From assembly GCA_902550485.1 (NCBI GenBank), contig CACCZQ010000003.1:34099-98098 (forward strand): a stretch of 64,000 nucleotides of DNA, in the 5' to 3' direction. The translations under genes and the position numbers were made by a program. The stretch's first letter is position 1. Each line of letters starts with the position of its first letter. Of the stretch, positions 12,154 through 23,869 are shown piece by piece. Under the pieces are notes generated by a model. The model saw only the letters and a list, made by a program, of their open reading frames with translations, was not told the DNA's origin and ran no database searches. This DNA comes from an uncultured Prochlorococcus sp. Lineage in GTDB: Bacteria > Cyanobacteriota > Cyanobacteriia > PCC-6307 > Cyanobiaceae.

Positions 12154-12465
12154 TCATGAATTATAAAATCCTTCTTTACGAAGAAACTCAATTGATTTCG
12201 CAACCATATCACCCTGTAACTGGATATTACTATCAATTAATGTTCCTCCAGTACCACAAAAAACTTTTATTTTTTTAAGCAATTCTTTTAATAAAATTTC
12301 ATCCTCAGTCCCTAAACCTCTAATTAAAGTGACAGTTTTGCCCTTCTTACCTTTTTTTTGTTTTGAAATATTTATTTTTGATCTTTTATAAAAAGTATCT
12401 ACCTTAGCTGTTTCTTGAAATTTTTTTTCTTGATTATCAAATTCGATCCAATTCTTTTTTCCCAT
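12154..12465 (-). CDS. SUI1/YciH translation initiation factor family protein
   Basis: KGKTVTLIRGL, CGTGGT and IQLQGD motifs. Confidence 0.9.
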   Translation of the reverse strand: MGKKNWIEFDNQEKKFQETAKVDTFYKRSKINISKQKKGKKGKTVTLIRGLGTEDEILLKELLKKIKVFCGTGGTLIDSNIQLQGDMVAKSIEFLRKEGFYNS

Positions 12466-12513
12466 TATTTTTAATATAATCTATAGTTAATTAATACTTA
12501 TTCTATAAAAAAA

Positions 12514-13758
12514 GTGGTAAGTACATTTTCTCGCAAAAATCAAAATTATAAAAATGACGATTTAAATCAGCCCTCCAAAGAGGGAAGATTTGGAAAGTAT
12601 GGTGGTCAATATGTTCCTGAAACATTAATGCCCGCTCTTTTTGAGCTTGAAACAGCCGCATCAAATGCATGGAAAGATAAACTTTTTGTAAATGAATTAA
12701 ATCATCTTCTAAAAACTTATGTAGGAAGAGAAACACCACTTTATGAAGCCAAAAGACTCACTGAACATTACAAAACTAAACAAGCAACTCCAAGAATATG
12801 GCTTAAAAGAGAAGATTTAAATCATACTGGTGCTCACAAGATTAATAATGCCCTTGGCCAAGCTTTATTAGCAATAAGAATGGGCAAAAAAAGGATAATT
12901 GCAGAAACTGGAGCAGGTCAACACGGGGTTGCTACGGCTACTGTCTGTGCGAGATTTGGCTTGAAATGCATCATCTATATGGGTGCTGAGGACATAAGAA
13001 GGCAATCCCTTAACGTCTTCAGAATGAAACTTCTAGGAGCTGAAGTTCAAGTTGTAAATTCTGGAACTGCGACACTCAAGGATGCTACTAGTGAAGCCAT
13101 TAGAGATTGGGTCTCTAATGTAGAAACGACACATTACATTTTAGGATCAGTTGCAGGTCCACATCCTTTCCCAAAGATTGTGAGAGATTTTCATGCAGTT
13201 ATTGGAGAAGAAACTAAAAAACAATGTCTAGAATCGTTTGGAACTTTGCCGGATATTTTACTTGCTTGTGTAGGTGGCGGATCAAATGCAATGGGCCTTT
13301 TTCATCCTTTCGTTAAGGAAACATCTGTACGACTAATTGGTGTTGAAGCTGCTGGAAGCGGAGTTGATACTGACAAACATGCCGCAACCATCACTAAAGG
13401 ATCAGTTGGAATTTTGCATGGATCAATGAGTCTTCTTTTACAAGATGATAATGGTCAAGTACAAGAAGCTCACTCAATAAGTGCAGGTTTAGATTACCCA
13501 GGAGTAGGGCCTGAACATAGCCATTTAAAAGATATAGGTAGAGCTGAATATGGATCAGTAACAGATCAAGAGGCTCTAGATGCTTTAAGACTTGTCAGTG
13601 AACTTGAAGGAATTATTCCAGCACTTGAAACGTCCCATGCCTTTGCTTGGTTAGATAAATTATGCCCTACTCTTGAAAAAGATACTCATATAGTTATCAA
13701 CTGCTCTGGAAGAGGCGACAAAGATGTTAATACTGTGGCATCTTCATTAGATATTTAA
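12514..13758 (+). CDS. trpB: Tryptophan synthase beta chain
   Basis: [25 protein letters not shown] and [13 protein letters not shown] motifs. Confidence 0.98.
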   Translation: MVSTFSRKNQNYKNDDLNQPSKEGRFGKYGGQYVPETLMPALFELETAASNAWKDKLFVNELNHLLKTYVGRETPLYEAKRLTEHYKTKQATPRIWLKREDLNHTGAHKINNALGQALLAIRMGKKRIIAETGAGQHGVATATVCARFGLKCIIYMGAEDIRRQSLNVFRMKLLGAEVQVVNSGTATLKDATSEAIRDWVSNVETTHYILGSVAGPHPFPKIVRDFHAVIGEETKKQCLESFGTLPDILLACVGGGSNAMGLFHPFVKETSVRLIGVEAAGSGVDTDKHAATITKGSVGILHGSMSLLLQDDNGQVQEAHSISAGLDYPGVGPEHSHLKDIGRAEYGSVTDQEALDALRLVSELEGIIPALETSHAFAWLDKLCPTLEKDTHIVINCSGRGDKDVNTVASSLDI

Positions 13759-14109
13759 TCAATACCTTGGAATTGATTGGTCAATATATCTACTCCATCC
13801 ATCAATACCCTCCTCCAAATTCCATATTCTGGTTACAATATTATTATCTAAGCACCATTGACAAAAGTTATAACTTCTTATTCCTGCATGACAGCTAACA
13901 ACAATTTCTCTATCTAATAAATCAACAAATATTTCTTTAACATATTCCGATGTAACTTTACTAATTGGTATATGTAGAAATTTTTTTGAGAATCGAGCTA
14001 GTTCAAGCTCTGACTGTTCTCTTACATCAATCAAAACTGGATCTTCTTTCTCAGAATTAAACCAATCATTGAGAGTCGAAGCATTTATAGATTTTGGATA
14101 ATTTCCCAA
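13759..14109 (-). CDS. Rhodanese-like domain protein
   Basis: LIDVRE, CHAGIRS and LEEGIDGW motifs. Confidence 0.88.
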   Translation of the reverse strand: MGNYPKSINASTLNDWFNSEKEDPVLIDVREQSELELARFSKKFLHIPISKVTSEYVKEIFVDLLDREIVVSCHAGIRSYNFCQWCLDNNIVTRIWNLEEGIDGWSRYIDQSIPRY

Positions 14110-14192
14110 TTGAGAGGATAAATTATGTGTTATTTACAATTTAATAAATTAAGTTGCAGTAGGAAATTTATTGTTAAAAATAAAAATAAACA

Positions 14193-15659
14193 TTGATAAT
14201 GAAACTTAAAGTAGTAGCAATAATACTATTATTATCATTATTATTATTTTTTGGTTTTAAAAAAGTTTCTTCTAATAAAAATAAGGAGCAAAGCACAAAT
14301 ATTGAACAACTAAATATTTTAAAATATATTCCTGAAAACAATAAATTATTATTTATTTCAAATCTAGATAGTTTTAATATTGTTAAGAATAATGAAAAAG
14401 ATACAAATCCAAATAATCAAGATAACTTTATTTTAATTAAAGATTCTATATTAAATTACTTAGGTATAGATCTAGGAAACAATAAATTAGAAGATATCTA
14501 TAATAATGAACTTATAATCTCAACTTTTGAGAATAATAAAAAACTTAAAGATGATATTTTGATTGTTTTTAAAATTAAGCCAGAAAAAACAATAGATGAT
14601 TTATTAAATTTGCCTAATAAAATTGATAAGGCTGAAAAAGTAATTTCAATTAATAGAGAGAATAAAATAAATTTCCTAAACTCCATATATCGGACCGAAG
14701 ATAATTATATAATTGCCTCATCAAATAAAAACTTAATCAAAAATAGTATTAACTCCAGTAATCATTTTAAAGAAAAAAAATTTGAATATGAGAGTGAACT
14801 TTCTGGACTAAAAAACGAAAAAAATATATTATTCACAAATAAATTTTTGGAAAGCATATTTTTTAACAAAGACATTTTTACTGAGAATAATGAGGATATT
14901 GTAGCTACAACATTTGACTTAAAAAATAAACATTTGATTTTAAAATCATATTTGCTAAATAATAAAAAAAATCTTGATAATCTTACTTACGAAAAGCTAA
15001 TAAATGAAGATATTAATAATCAAAATAATCCTGAAGTTGCAATTTTTAGTAATGTAAAAAATGTTGACAAATACATTAAACCTTTAATAAATGATTTTGA
15101 ACAAAGCTTTTTTGAATACTTTAATCATCATCCAAATCAAAACATTTTAATTCTCAATTCAAAAAAAGATTGGCTTATTACATTCGAAAAAAATACTGAA
15201 GATCAATTTGATTTAAGTGCTTTGCAAGAGCTAAAAGATTTCAATAAATATTCTTTGAAACAAAAGGAAGATATCTATTCGATATATTCCAAAGATATTC
15301 TTGAAGAAAAAGACGATGTAATCAAACAATTAACTTTTGAAAATCTCTATTCAATAGATTCAGGGGGATTGCAATTCATTAGTAATTATTTAATTGATGG
15401 TAAAAAACTAGAAACAATCTCAAAAAAATTTTTTAACCAAAAAAGTAATAAAGATAAATCTACTTTTCTTTATGCAAAAGTTGATATCAAAAATGAAAAT
15501 TCCAATAAAATTGAAAATCTTTCTGATTTAGAAGATCTTAATTTTCTTATTAGAAATATTTTAAAAATATCAAATGATGAATCTCAAGAAATCATAAGTC
15601 ACTCAATTCCAGAAAAAAATCCAATTCTTTATACGGAAAAAATTCTAAAAATCCTTTAA
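14193..15659 (+). CDS. Hypothetical membrane-anchored or exported protein, extremely N/K/I-rich
   Basis: 488-codon ORF with a hydrophobic N-terminal anchor (VVAIILLLSLLLFFG); no catalytic motif recognised. Confidence 0.7.
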   Translation: MIMKLKVVAIILLLSLLLFFGFKKVSSNKNKEQSTNIEQLNILKYIPENNKLLFISNLDSFNIVKNNEKDTNPNNQDNFILIKDSILNYLGIDLGNNKLEDIYNNELIISTFENNKKLKDDILIVFKIKPEKTIDDLLNLPNKIDKAEKVISINRENKINFLNSIYRTEDNYIIASSNKNLIKNSINSSNHFKEKKFEYESELSGLKNEKNILFTNKFLESIFFNKDIFTENNEDIVATTFDLKNKHLILKSYLLNNKKNLDNLTYEKLINEDINNQNNPEVAIFSNVKNVDKYIKPLINDFEQSFFEYFNHHPNQNILILNSKKDWLITFEKNTEDQFDLSALQELKDFNKYSLKQKEDIYSIYSKDILEEKDDVIKQLTFENLYSIDSGGLQFISNYLIDGKKLETISKKFFNQKSNKDKSTFLYAKVDIKNENSNKIENLSDLEDLNFLIRNILKISNDESQEIISHSIPEKNPILYTEKILKIL

Positions 15660-15783
15660 TAAAGGTATTCAAAAAAGCTTCAAACACAATCATTTTTAAT
15701 TTTTGTGAAGTTAATAACTTGTGGTTAATTAAAAATTATTTGACTATCTTTAATCTATAAGTATTTGATATTAAATTAGGCAA

Positions 15784-16929
15784 TTGGATAGCAACAAACT
15801 AATTTTAAAACCAGGATTAGAAGGTGTACCAGTTACTAATTCATCTATCTGTGATATTGACGGAAATAAAGGTAAATTATTGTACAGAGGCTACTCCATT
15901 GAAGAACTATCCAAAAAAAGTAGTTTTCTCGAAACTGCTTACCTATTAATTTGGGGTGAATTGCCTACAGCTATTCAACTAAGAGATTTTGAACAAGAAG
16001 TTCAGATGCATCGAAGATTAAGTTTTAGAGTTCGAGATATGATGAAATGTTTCCCCGCGACAGGTCATCCTATGGATGCTCTTCAATCAAGTGCAGCTTC
16101 CTTAGGGCTTTTCTATTCACGTAGAGCAATAGATGATCCTAATTACATCTACAACGCAGTGATAAGACTAATAGCAAAAATACCAACTATGATAGCTGCG
16201 TTTCAACTTATCAGGAAAGGACAAGACCCTATTCAACCTCGAGATGATTTAACTTACTCATCAAATTTTCTCTACATGCTTACTGAAAAAGAACAAGATC
16301 CCATAGCTGCAAAAGTTTTTGATAGATGTCTAATTCTACATGCCGAACATAGTTTAAATGCCAGTACATTTAGCGCTAGGGTGACTGCAAGCACACTTAC
16401 AGACCCATATGCTGTTATTGCCTCTGCAGTGGGAACCTTGGCTGGGCCCCTCCATGGAGGAGCCAATGAGGATGTAATTGCAATGTTAGAAGAAATAAAA
16501 AACCCAGAAAATGCAGCTTCTTTTTTGGATAACTCAATAAAAAATAAAAGTAAAATAATGGGCTTCGGTCATAGAGAATACAAAGTCAAAGATCCAAGAG
16601 CTATTATTCTTCAAAAGCTGGCAGAAGAGCTCTTTATTAGGTTTGGAGCAGATGAAATGTATGAAGTTGCTAAATCACTAGAGGCAGAGGCAAGACCAAG
16701 ACTTGGACCTAAGGGTATATTCCCTAACGTCGACTTTTATTCTGGTCTTGTTTATAGAAAACTTGGTATTCCTCGTGATTTATTTACTCCAATTTTTGCC
16801 ATATCTAGAGTTGCTGGTTGGTTAGCGCATTGGAGAGAACAACTTGGAGCAAATAGAATTTTTAGACCATCGCAAATCTATACTGGTTCAGCGCCAAGAG
16901 ATTGGATAAGCCTAGAAAATAGAGAATAA
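15784..16929 (+). CDS. gltA: Citrate synthase
   Basis: GLEGV, HAEHSLNAST, GPLHGGAN, GFGHREYK and PNVDFYSG motifs. Confidence 0.97.
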   Translation: MDSNKLILKPGLEGVPVTNSSICDIDGNKGKLLYRGYSIEELSKKSSFLETAYLLIWGELPTAIQLRDFEQEVQMHRRLSFRVRDMMKCFPATGHPMDALQSSAASLGLFYSRRAIDDPNYIYNAVIRLIAKIPTMIAAFQLIRKGQDPIQPRDDLTYSSNFLYMLTEKEQDPIAAKVFDRCLILHAEHSLNASTFSARVTASTLTDPYAVIASAVGTLAGPLHGGANEDVIAMLEEIKNPENAASFLDNSIKNKSKIMGFGHREYKVKDPRAIILQKLAEELFIRFGADEMYEVAKSLEAEARPRLGPKGIFPNVDFYSGLVYRKLGIPRDLFTPIFAISRVAGWLAHWREQLGANRIFRPSQIYTGSAPRDWISLENRE

Positions 16930-17004
16930 TATTTGCAGCTTTTCATAAAAAACACACATATTGTTTGTGAAGAGTTAATGTATTAAGTAAATAACTTAAA
17001 AATT

Positions 17005-18123
17005 TTGGAATACGGATTAGATCTCGAATATAGTTTTAATGAATTTTTAAAAGGTTTTGGCCTTTCTAGTGAAATTGCTCATATAATTTGGCTCCCCCTT
17101 CCTATGCTATTAGTTTTAGTAGCGGCAGTGGTAGGTGTTTTAGTAACAGTTTGGCTTGAAAGAAAAATATCTGCTGCTGCTCAACAAAGAATAGGTCCCG
17201 AATATGCAGGAGCGCTTGGGGTCCTCCAACCAATTGCAGATGGTCTTAAGTTACTTGTTAAAGAGGATATTATTCCAGCTAAAGCGGATGGAATCCTCTT
17301 CACTGCAGGACCCATATTAGTTCTTGTACCAGTGATTCTCTCCTGGTTAATTGTTCCTTTTGGACAAAATCTTTTAGTAAGTAATGTTGGTATTGGAATT
17401 TTCCTATGGATCGCTTTAAGCAGTATCCAGCCAATTGGACTTCTTATGAGCGGATATGCATCAAACAATAAATATTCATTATTAGGAGGATTAAGAGCAG
17501 CAGCTCAATCTATAAGTTATGAAATACCTTTAGCTTTATCTGTACTAGCTATCGTTCTAATGACAAATTCTCTCAGCACTATTGATATTGTTAACCAACA
17601 AAGTGGTGCTGGAATCCTAAGTTGGAATATTTGGAGACAACCTGTTGGTTTTATTGTCTTTTGGATTTGTGCTCTAGCAGAATGCGAAAGACTTCCATTT
17701 GACTTACCTGAAGCGGAAGAAGAATTAGTTGCAGGATATCAAACTGAATATGCAGGGATGAAATTCGCATTGTTCTACCTTGGTAGTTACATAAATTTAA
17801 TTCTTTCAGCATTATTGGTATCAATTCTTTATTTGGGAGGATGGGGTTTTCCTATTCCAGTTGAATTAATAGCTAAATTCCTTAATTTACCGATTAATGC
17901 ACCCTTCATTCAGGTTTTCACTGCTTCAATAGGAATTGTAATGACTGTTTTAAAAGCATATCTTTTAGTTTTCATTGCAATATTATTACGTTGGACAACT
18001 CCTAGAGTAAGAATAGATCAACTTTTAGATCTAGGATGGAAGTTTCTTCTTCCAATTTCTCTTGCTAATCTTTTGATAACTGCAGGATTAAAACTTGCTT
18101 TTCCGCAATTCTTTGGTGGTTAA
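17005..18123 (+). CDS. ndhA: NDH-1 subunit A (chain 1)
   Basis: [25 protein letters not shown] and [14 protein letters not shown] motifs. Confidence 0.98.
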   Translation: MEYGLDLEYSFNEFLKGFGLSSEIAHIIWLPLPMLLVLVAAVVGVLVTVWLERKISAAAQQRIGPEYAGALGVLQPIADGLKLLVKEDIIPAKADGILFTAGPILVLVPVILSWLIVPFGQNLLVSNVGIGIFLWIALSSIQPIGLLMSGYASNNKYSLLGGLRAAAQSISYEIPLALSVLAIVLMTNSLSTIDIVNQQSGAGILSWNIWRQPVGFIVFWICALAECERLPFDLPEAEEELVAGYQTEYAGMKFALFYLGSYINLILSALLVSILYLGGWGFPIPVELIAKFLNLPINAPFIQVFTASIGIVMTVLKAYLLVFIAILLRWTTPRVRIDQLLDLGWKFLLPISLANLLITAGLKLAFPQFFGG

Positions 18124-18191
18124 ATTTAAGTAAAAATACTTAAATTCAAAATTATTCCACTAAAATAAAATAACAAAGTAAATTTTTCAAA

Positions 18192-18818
18192 ATGAACAAT
18201 TTCCTTCAACAAATAAATAGCTATATCAAGGAAGCAATTAATGCTGGGAAATATTTATATAATGGTATATCGGTGACTTTTGATCATCTTCGAAGGAGAC
18301 CTGTTACTGTCCAATATCCATATGAAAAATTAATACCTTCTGAAAGATATAGAGGAAGGATACATTATGAATTCGATAAATGTATTGCTTGCGAAGTTTG
18401 TGTAAGAGTATGTCCCATCAATCTCCCAGTAGTGGATTGGGTAATGAATAAAGAAACCAAAAAAAAGGAACTTAGAAATTACTCTATAGATTTTGGAGTT
18501 TGTATATTTTGCGGAAATTGTGTTGAATATTGCCCAACTAACTGCCTATCAATGACCGAAGAATATGAATTAGCTACATTCGACAGACACAATCTAAATT
18601 TCGATAATGTAGCACTTGGTAGACTACCTACAAATGTAACAACAGATCCATCAGTTAAACCTCTCAGAGAACTTGCCTATCTTCCTAAAGGTGTCATGGA
18701 CCCTCATGAAATCCCAGCTTCAGATACTAGAGTTGGTAAATTGCCTGAAGAAGTCTATGATTGGATGAGGCCTGAATCCAATGAAAATAAAGATAAAGTT
18801 TCTAATCCAACTAATTAA
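18192..18818 (+). CDS. ndhI: NDH-1 subunit I (2x[4Fe-4S])
   Basis: [12 protein letters not shown] and [12 protein letters not shown] motifs; operon position. Confidence 0.98.
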   Translation: MNNFLQQINSYIKEAINAGKYLYNGISVTFDHLRRRPVTVQYPYEKLIPSERYRGRIHYEFDKCIACEVCVRVCPINLPVVDWVMNKETKKKELRNYSIDFGVCIFCGNCVEYCPTNCLSMTEEYELATFDRHNLNFDNVALGRLPTNVTTDPSVKPLRELAYLPKGVMDPHEIPASDTRVGKLPEEVYDWMRPESNENKDKVSNPTN

Positions 18819-18831
18819 TTTCCATTAATTT

Positions 18832-19431
18832 ATGTCCATCGCAATAACAACACAATTTATTTGTTTTATAGTTCTATCTTTAGTTGTCATTATCGGAGCC
18901 CTTGGCGTTGTATTGCTAGAGAGTATTGTTTATTCAGCTTTTCTCCTTGGGGGAGTTTTCATGAGTGTGGCAGGATTATATCTTCTTTTAAATGCAAGTT
19001 TTGTTGCAGCAGCACAAGTTTTAGTTTATGTGGGTGCAGTGAATGTATTAATAATTTTTGCTATTATGCTCGTCAATAAAAAAGAAGATTTAAAGCCAAT
19101 CAATGACATTAAATCGAGGAGAATTATATCAACATTGATATGTTTAACCCTACTAAGCCTCTTAATAAGAGTTGACTTGACCAATGCATGGAATCTTTCA
19201 AGTCCTCAAAACTCTATTGGAGAAGAATCAACTATAAGGATTGGTGAACATCTATTTAGTGATTATTTACTCCCATTTGAAGTAGCTTCAGTTTTACTTT
19301 TAATGGCAATGATTGGGGCTATTGTTTTAGCTAGAAGAGATGTAATGAGCAAAGATATTTCGACAGGACTACCTGTTGATCAAGAGTTAATTGAAAAATC
19401 ATCAGAACCATTACTTACAAATAAAAATTAA
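18832..19431 (+). CDS. ndhG: NDH-1 subunit G (chain 6)
   Basis: QVLVYVGAV and PFEVASVLLL motifs; operon position. Confidence 0.96.
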   Translation: MSIAITTQFICFIVLSLVVIIGALGVVLLESIVYSAFLLGGVFMSVAGLYLLLNASFVAAAQVLVYVGAVNVLIIFAIMLVNKKEDLKPINDIKSRRIISTLICLTLLSLLIRVDLTNAWNLSSPQNSIGEESTIRIGEHLFSDYLLPFEVASVLLLMAMIGAIVLARRDVMSKDISTGLPVDQELIEKSSEPLLTNKN

Positions 19432-19449
19432 CCTTTTAACTTTCTCATT

Positions 19450-19770
19450 ATGAATTTAGAGTCAATTCCTCTTCAAGCTTTTTTGATAGTATCTTCAGCA
19501 CTATTTTGCATAGGTATTTGGGGATTGTTAAATAGCAGAAATGCAGTCAGAGTTCTTATGAGCATTGAATTAATGCTCAATGCAGTAAATATAAACTTGA
19601 TGGCGTTTTCTTCTTATATTGATAATAATTTAATTCAAGGACAAGTTTTTACGATTTTTGTGATTACTGTTGCTGCCGCAGAAGCAGCCGTTGGATTAGC
19701 TATACTGTTATCCCTTTACAGGAATAGAGTGACTGTAGATATGGAAAGCTTTAATTTATTAAAATGGTAA
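19450..19770 (+). CDS. ndhE: NDH-1 subunit E (chain 4L)
   Basis: [10 protein letters not shown] and [11 protein letters not shown] motifs. Confidence 0.97.
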   Translation: MNLESIPLQAFLIVSSALFCIGIWGLLNSRNAVRVLMSIELMLNAVNINLMAFSSYIDNNLIQGQVFTIFVITVAAAEAAVGLAILLSLYRNRVTVDMESFNLLKW

Positions 19771-19779
19771 AAGCATTAA

Positions 19780-20691
19780 ATGAAACTTTCATTAGTGCTT
19801 ATTGTATATCGTTCAGAGAGTTATATAGCTGAAGAGGCTTCTAAATTCTGTCAAAAAGTCCTTAAAGCTAAAAATATAAAATCAAATAGAATTGAAAGTG
19901 ATTTTCATAAAGATCAAATTGAAAAACATCTTTGTAATCCAGAATTACTACCTAATATTGGCATAGTTCTTGGTGGGGACGGAACCTTCCTAAAATGTGC
20001 AAATGCTTTGGCAGATTATGATATTCCTTTGTTAAGCATTAATATTGGTGGTAATCTGGGATTCCTTACGCAAGAAAAGGATTTTTTGTTCGACAAATCT
20101 TTTATCGAGATTCTTGAAAACGAAGAATATACAATTGACTTTCGGAATAGATTAACTTGTAATGTTTGTATTGACGGGAAAAGTTATCAGAAAAAGATCA
20201 TAAAAAGCTACGAAGCTTTAAATGATTTTTATTTTAAATCTGTTGAAGAAGACATTTCTCCTACCAACCAAATACAAATTGAAATAGATAACGAAAAGGT
20301 GAATGAATATAAAGGTGATGGATTAATCATATCTACATCTACTGGTTCAACAGCCTACTCAATGGCTGCAGGTGGTCCAATAGTTCACCCTAGTATTGAT
20401 GCAATGATAATTAACCCTATATGCCCAATGAGTTTGGCTAGTAGACCAATAGTTATACCTAATACAAGTAAAGTAATTATTAAACCTGTAAAAAAAAGTA
20501 AAGGAGAAATTAAATTATGGAGAGACGGTTCAAAATGTATGACCATTAAGAAAAATTATTATTGTGAGATCAAAAAAGGGCAATCACCCTGCAAAATAAT
20601 AAAGTTTAAAAAAAGCACCAACTATTACAATACCCTAATAAAAAAACTAGATTGGAAAGGTGATTTATCTCAAAAAAATTCAAAAAATTAA
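19780..20691 (+). CDS. nadK: NAD kinase
   Basis: GGDGTFL, GNLGFL and [22 protein letters not shown] motifs. Confidence 0.95.
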   Translation: MKLSLVLIVYRSESYIAEEASKFCQKVLKAKNIKSNRIESDFHKDQIEKHLCNPELLPNIGIVLGGDGTFLKCANALADYDIPLLSINIGGNLGFLTQEKDFLFDKSFIEILENEEYTIDFRNRLTCNVCIDGKSYQKKIIKSYEALNDFYFKSVEEDISPTNQIQIEIDNEKVNEYKGDGLIISTSTGSTAYSMAAGGPIVHPSIDAMIINPICPMSLASRPIVIPNTSKVIIKPVKKSKGEIKLWRDGSKCMTIKKNYYCEIKKGQSPCKIIKFKKSTNYYNTLIKKLDWKGDLSQKNSKN

Positions 20692-21189
20692 ATGGCTTTA
20701 GAAATAGAAAGAAGATTTCTTATAAAAAATGATAATTGGAAAGAGTTCATAACTAAAAAAATTTATATTGAACAAGGATATTTATCCAAAAATCTAGATG
20801 GTTGGATTACTAGGATAAGACGTAAAGGCAATAACTATAAAATTGCACTCAAAAAACATATCAAAGGCTTTTCCAGCTTTGAATTTGAATACTCCATCCC
20901 GCGAAGCGATGCTGAAACTATGATGTCAAATCTTTCAAGTACAATTAAAAAAGAAAGATTCTTTTTAGAAGTTGAAAAAAAATCTTGGATTATAGATTGC
21001 TTTAAAGACAATAATTATCCACTCGAAATTGCAGAAATTGAACTTTCCAATGAAGATGAAGATTTGCTTCTTCCATCTTTCATTTCAAAAGAAATTACTG
21101 GGCTGACCCATTACTCTAATTTCAGTCTCGCTAATAACCCTTTTTCAGAGTGGGGGAAAGACTTTCTAACAACTTTCAAAAGTAACTAG
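20692..21189 (+). CDS. CYTH-domain protein (triphosphate tunnel metalloenzyme)
   Basis: EIERRFL N-terminus; EFEY and AEIEL motifs. Confidence 0.9.
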   Translation: MALEIERRFLIKNDNWKEFITKKIYIEQGYLSKNLDGWITRIRRKGNNYKIALKKHIKGFSSFEFEYSIPRSDAETMMSNLSSTIKKERFFLEVEKKSWIIDCFKDNNYPLEIAEIELSNEDEDLLLPSFISKEITGLTHYSNFSLANNPFSEWGKDFLTTFKSN

Positions 21190-21254
21190 TCAAAGGAACC
21201 AATCATCCTTTATATTTTCTTTATATTTTAAAAAGTAATTTTTATTTTCTTTAG

Positions 21255-21443
21255 ATGTATGGTCTTTACGACAAAGAAGGAATATTGAGATTTGTTGATT
21301 CGGACAAAGATGCATGTATTGCATATGCGGAACTCTTCGAATTAGGTTCTACAAATTATTGTTTAATGGATTTGGCTAATGATACAAAAAAAGTAAAGGG
21401 TAATACTAATCTTGATCAGAGTCTGGGAGGGAACAACAATTAA
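21255..21443 (+). CDS. Small hypothetical protein
   Basis: 62-aa ATG ORF filling the gap, with protein-like composition; 3' end overlaps the convergent LuxR-type gene by 38 bp. Confidence 0.55.
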   Translation: MYGLYDKEGILRFVDSDKDACIAYAELFELGSTNYCLMDLANDTKKVKGNTNLDQSLGGNNN

Positions 21444-21684
21444 ACCCATCTCTACAAATCTTTCCATTATCCATTGCCCAATTTAAAAGTGCTACTCTAT
21501 TTTTAGAACCAGTTTTTGTAAACATATTACTTACATGATTATCAACAGTTCTTTTACTAATAGTTAGTTTTACCGCAATTTCTTGATTTGTAAGTCCATC
21601 AGCTACAAGATCAATGATTTCCATCTCTCTTGCTGAGAGACCCATCATATCAATGTTGTTTACTTCTTCTTCAACCATTTGCAT
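21406..21684 (-). CDS. pedR: Small stand-alone LuxR-type regulator (PedR-like)
   Basis: LSAREMEIIDLVADGLTNQEIA HTH and a C-terminal ICRDGFNCC cysteine motif. Confidence 0.8.
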   Translation of the reverse strand: MQMVEEEVNNIDMMGLSAREMEIIDLVADGLTNQEIAVKLTISKRTVDNHVSNMFTKTGSKNRVALLNWAMDNGKICRDGFNCCSLPDSDQD

Positions 21685-21761
21685 TTAAACAGTTCCTTTT
21701 TTATATTAATTAAGTTTAGCAATCTCAGTACACTTGTTAACCAACTAGGAAACAAAAGCAA

Positions 21762-22652
21762 TTGAAATCAAAACTTCAGCAGACTTTAGAAAAGAGATCT
21801 AAGGTAATAACAGCAGAATTAATGCCGCCCAGGGGTGGAAGCCCCATAAGATCTCTTAAGATAGCACAACTTTTGAAAGATAAGGTACATGCTGTTAACA
21901 TTACGGACGGAAGTCGAGCTGTAATGAGAATGTGCAGCTTGGCAATGTCCAAACTATTACTGGAAAATGGAATAGAACCAGTAATGCAGATATCTTGCAG
22001 AGATCGTAATAAAATTGCTTTACAATCCGACATTTTAGGAGCAAATGCTTTAGGAATTAGAAACATCTTATGCATTACGGGTGATTCAGTAAAAGCCGGG
22101 GATCAACAAGATGCTAAAGCAGTGCATGAGTATGAGTCAGTTAGATTACTTCAACAAATTCAGGCCTTCAATAAAGGAGCTGATCCTACTCTAGGAGAAC
22201 TTTCCGATAAAAAAACATTTATTTTTGCAGGTGCTGCAGCTGATCCTAATTGCAAAAATCAAAGAAGTTTAGAAAAAAGAATGAGAAAGAAAAAAGAGGC
22301 TGGCGCTGGATTTATACAAACTCAAATGATTATGGAAAAAGAAAATTTGATAGAATTTTGTGAAAAAATCAGCAACCCTCTTGAAATTCCTGTAATTGCA
22401 GGTGTATTCCTATTAAAATCCTACAAAAATGCACTTTTTATAAACAAATACGTTCCAGGCGCAAACATCCCTGAAAACATCTTAAAACGCCTGAAAGATG
22501 CTAAAGAGCCTTTACAGGAAGGTATTAAAATTGCAGCTGAACAAGCTCATGATTTTATTAATATCGCAAATGGTGTTCATCTAATGGCCGTAAAGGCAGA
22601 GCATTTAATTCCTGAGATTATTGAAAAAGCTGATCTTAGTCTGGAATATTAA
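21762..22652 (+). CDS. metF: Methylenetetrahydrofolate reductase
   Basis: AELMPPRG, NITD, CRDRN, ILCITGD and FIQTQ motifs. Confidence 0.93.
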   Translation: MKSKLQQTLEKRSKVITAELMPPRGGSPIRSLKIAQLLKDKVHAVNITDGSRAVMRMCSLAMSKLLLENGIEPVMQISCRDRNKIALQSDILGANALGIRNILCITGDSVKAGDQQDAKAVHEYESVRLLQQIQAFNKGADPTLGELSDKKTFIFAGAAADPNCKNQRSLEKRMRKKKEAGAGFIQTQMIMEKENLIEFCEKISNPLEIPVIAGVFLLKSYKNALFINKYVPGANIPENILKRLKDAKEPLQEGIKIAAEQAHDFINIANGVHLMAVKAEHLIPEIIEKADLSLEY

Positions 22653-23814
22653 TTAAATCAGTACCTAATAATTCTGCCATAGCTTTCTGCTGGGGTGATG
22701 GCTCAGTCAAATCAGATCTTCTTGAATCTGCTATTAACCAATCTAAAGATGCATCTTGCAAATCAAAATGATCTCCATTTTTCCCAACACAATATTTACC
22801 AAACACTAACTTATCCATAAGCCTTACCCCTTTACCAATTTTAGAATAATCAAAAATAATTGAGTTATCTATAGTTGCTCCCTCGCAAATGCAACAACTT
22901 GGTCCAATCATGGAAGGACCAATGATAGTTGCTCCATCCTCAATCCTAGTCATGCCGCCAATATAAACCGGTCCAGTAATATTAACTTTTTCCCAGTTAG
23001 CCGCTACATTCAAACCGGTAAAAACTCCTGGTTTAATTTCTTTACCTGGTATTTGCACTTGTCTTACCTTACCTTGCAATACATTTCTAATAGCACTCCA
23101 ATAATCAGGAACTTTTCCAATATCTACCCATTCAAAATCCATTGGTAATGCAAAAAATGGTAAATTCATTTCAACAAGTTTAGGGAAAAGATCAGCTCCT
23201 ATATCAAATTTCTCAGCTGAGGGTATGTAATTAAAAATTTCGGGTTCAAAAAGATATATTCCTGTATTTATAGAGTCACTTAATGCCTGGTCAACTGATG
23301 GCTTTTCCTGAAAAGCCTTTATTCTTCCATTTTCATCTGAAACGACAACGCCGTAACTTGATACTTGATCTTTAGTCACCTTCTTTGTTATCAAGCTCGC
23401 TATAGCTCCTTTCTGCTTATGTTTTTTAACAGCTTGAGTTAAATCTAAATCAACTAAAGCATCTCCACATAAAACGACAAAAGTTTCATCAAAGAAATAT
23501 TGAAAATCCTGAATTTTTTTTAATCCTCCTGCGGATCCTAAAGCATCACCTATTAATTCTCCATCTTCAATTCTTCCCTCAAAACTATAAGCAATTTCTA
23601 CTCCAAATCTTTGCCCATCCCTAAAATAATTTTCAATTTCTTCAGCTAGATGTGAAACATTTACCATTATTTCCTTAAAGTTGTGTTCTTTTAAAAGTTC
23701 CAAGAGAAACTCCATAACAGGTTTTTGCAAAATCGGAATCATCGGTTTTGGAATAACATGAGTAATTGGCTGAACACGTGTACCTTTACCTGCCGCAAGT
23801 ATCATTGCCTTCAT
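22636..23814 (-). CDS. Sugar-1-phosphate nucleotidyltransferase with C-terminal left-handed beta-helix (CugP-like)
   Basis: MKAMILAAGKGTR, PKPMIP, FQEKP and WVDIG motifs. Confidence 0.88.
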   Translation of the reverse strand: MKAMILAAGKGTRVQPITHVIPKPMIPILQKPVMEFLLELLKEHNFKEIMVNVSHLAEEIENYFRDGQRFGVEIAYSFEGRIEDGELIGDALGSAGGLKKIQDFQYFFDETFVVLCGDALVDLDLTQAVKKHKQKGAIASLITKKVTKDQVSSYGVVVSDENGRIKAFQEKPSVDQALSDSINTGIYLFEPEIFNYIPSAEKFDIGADLFPKLVEMNLPFFALPMDFEWVDIGKVPDYWSAIRNVLQGKVRQVQIPGKEIKPGVFTGLNVAANWEKVNITGPVYIGGMTRIEDGATIIGPSMIGPSCCICEGATIDNSIIFDYSKIGKGVRLMDKLVFGKYCVGKNGDHFDLQDASLDWLIADSRRSDLTEPSPQQKAMAELLGTDLINIPD

Positions 23815-23869
23815 AAATTCAAAACCTTTTTTTTAATTATACGTTATTAGTCTTAAGCTTCTAAGCACC

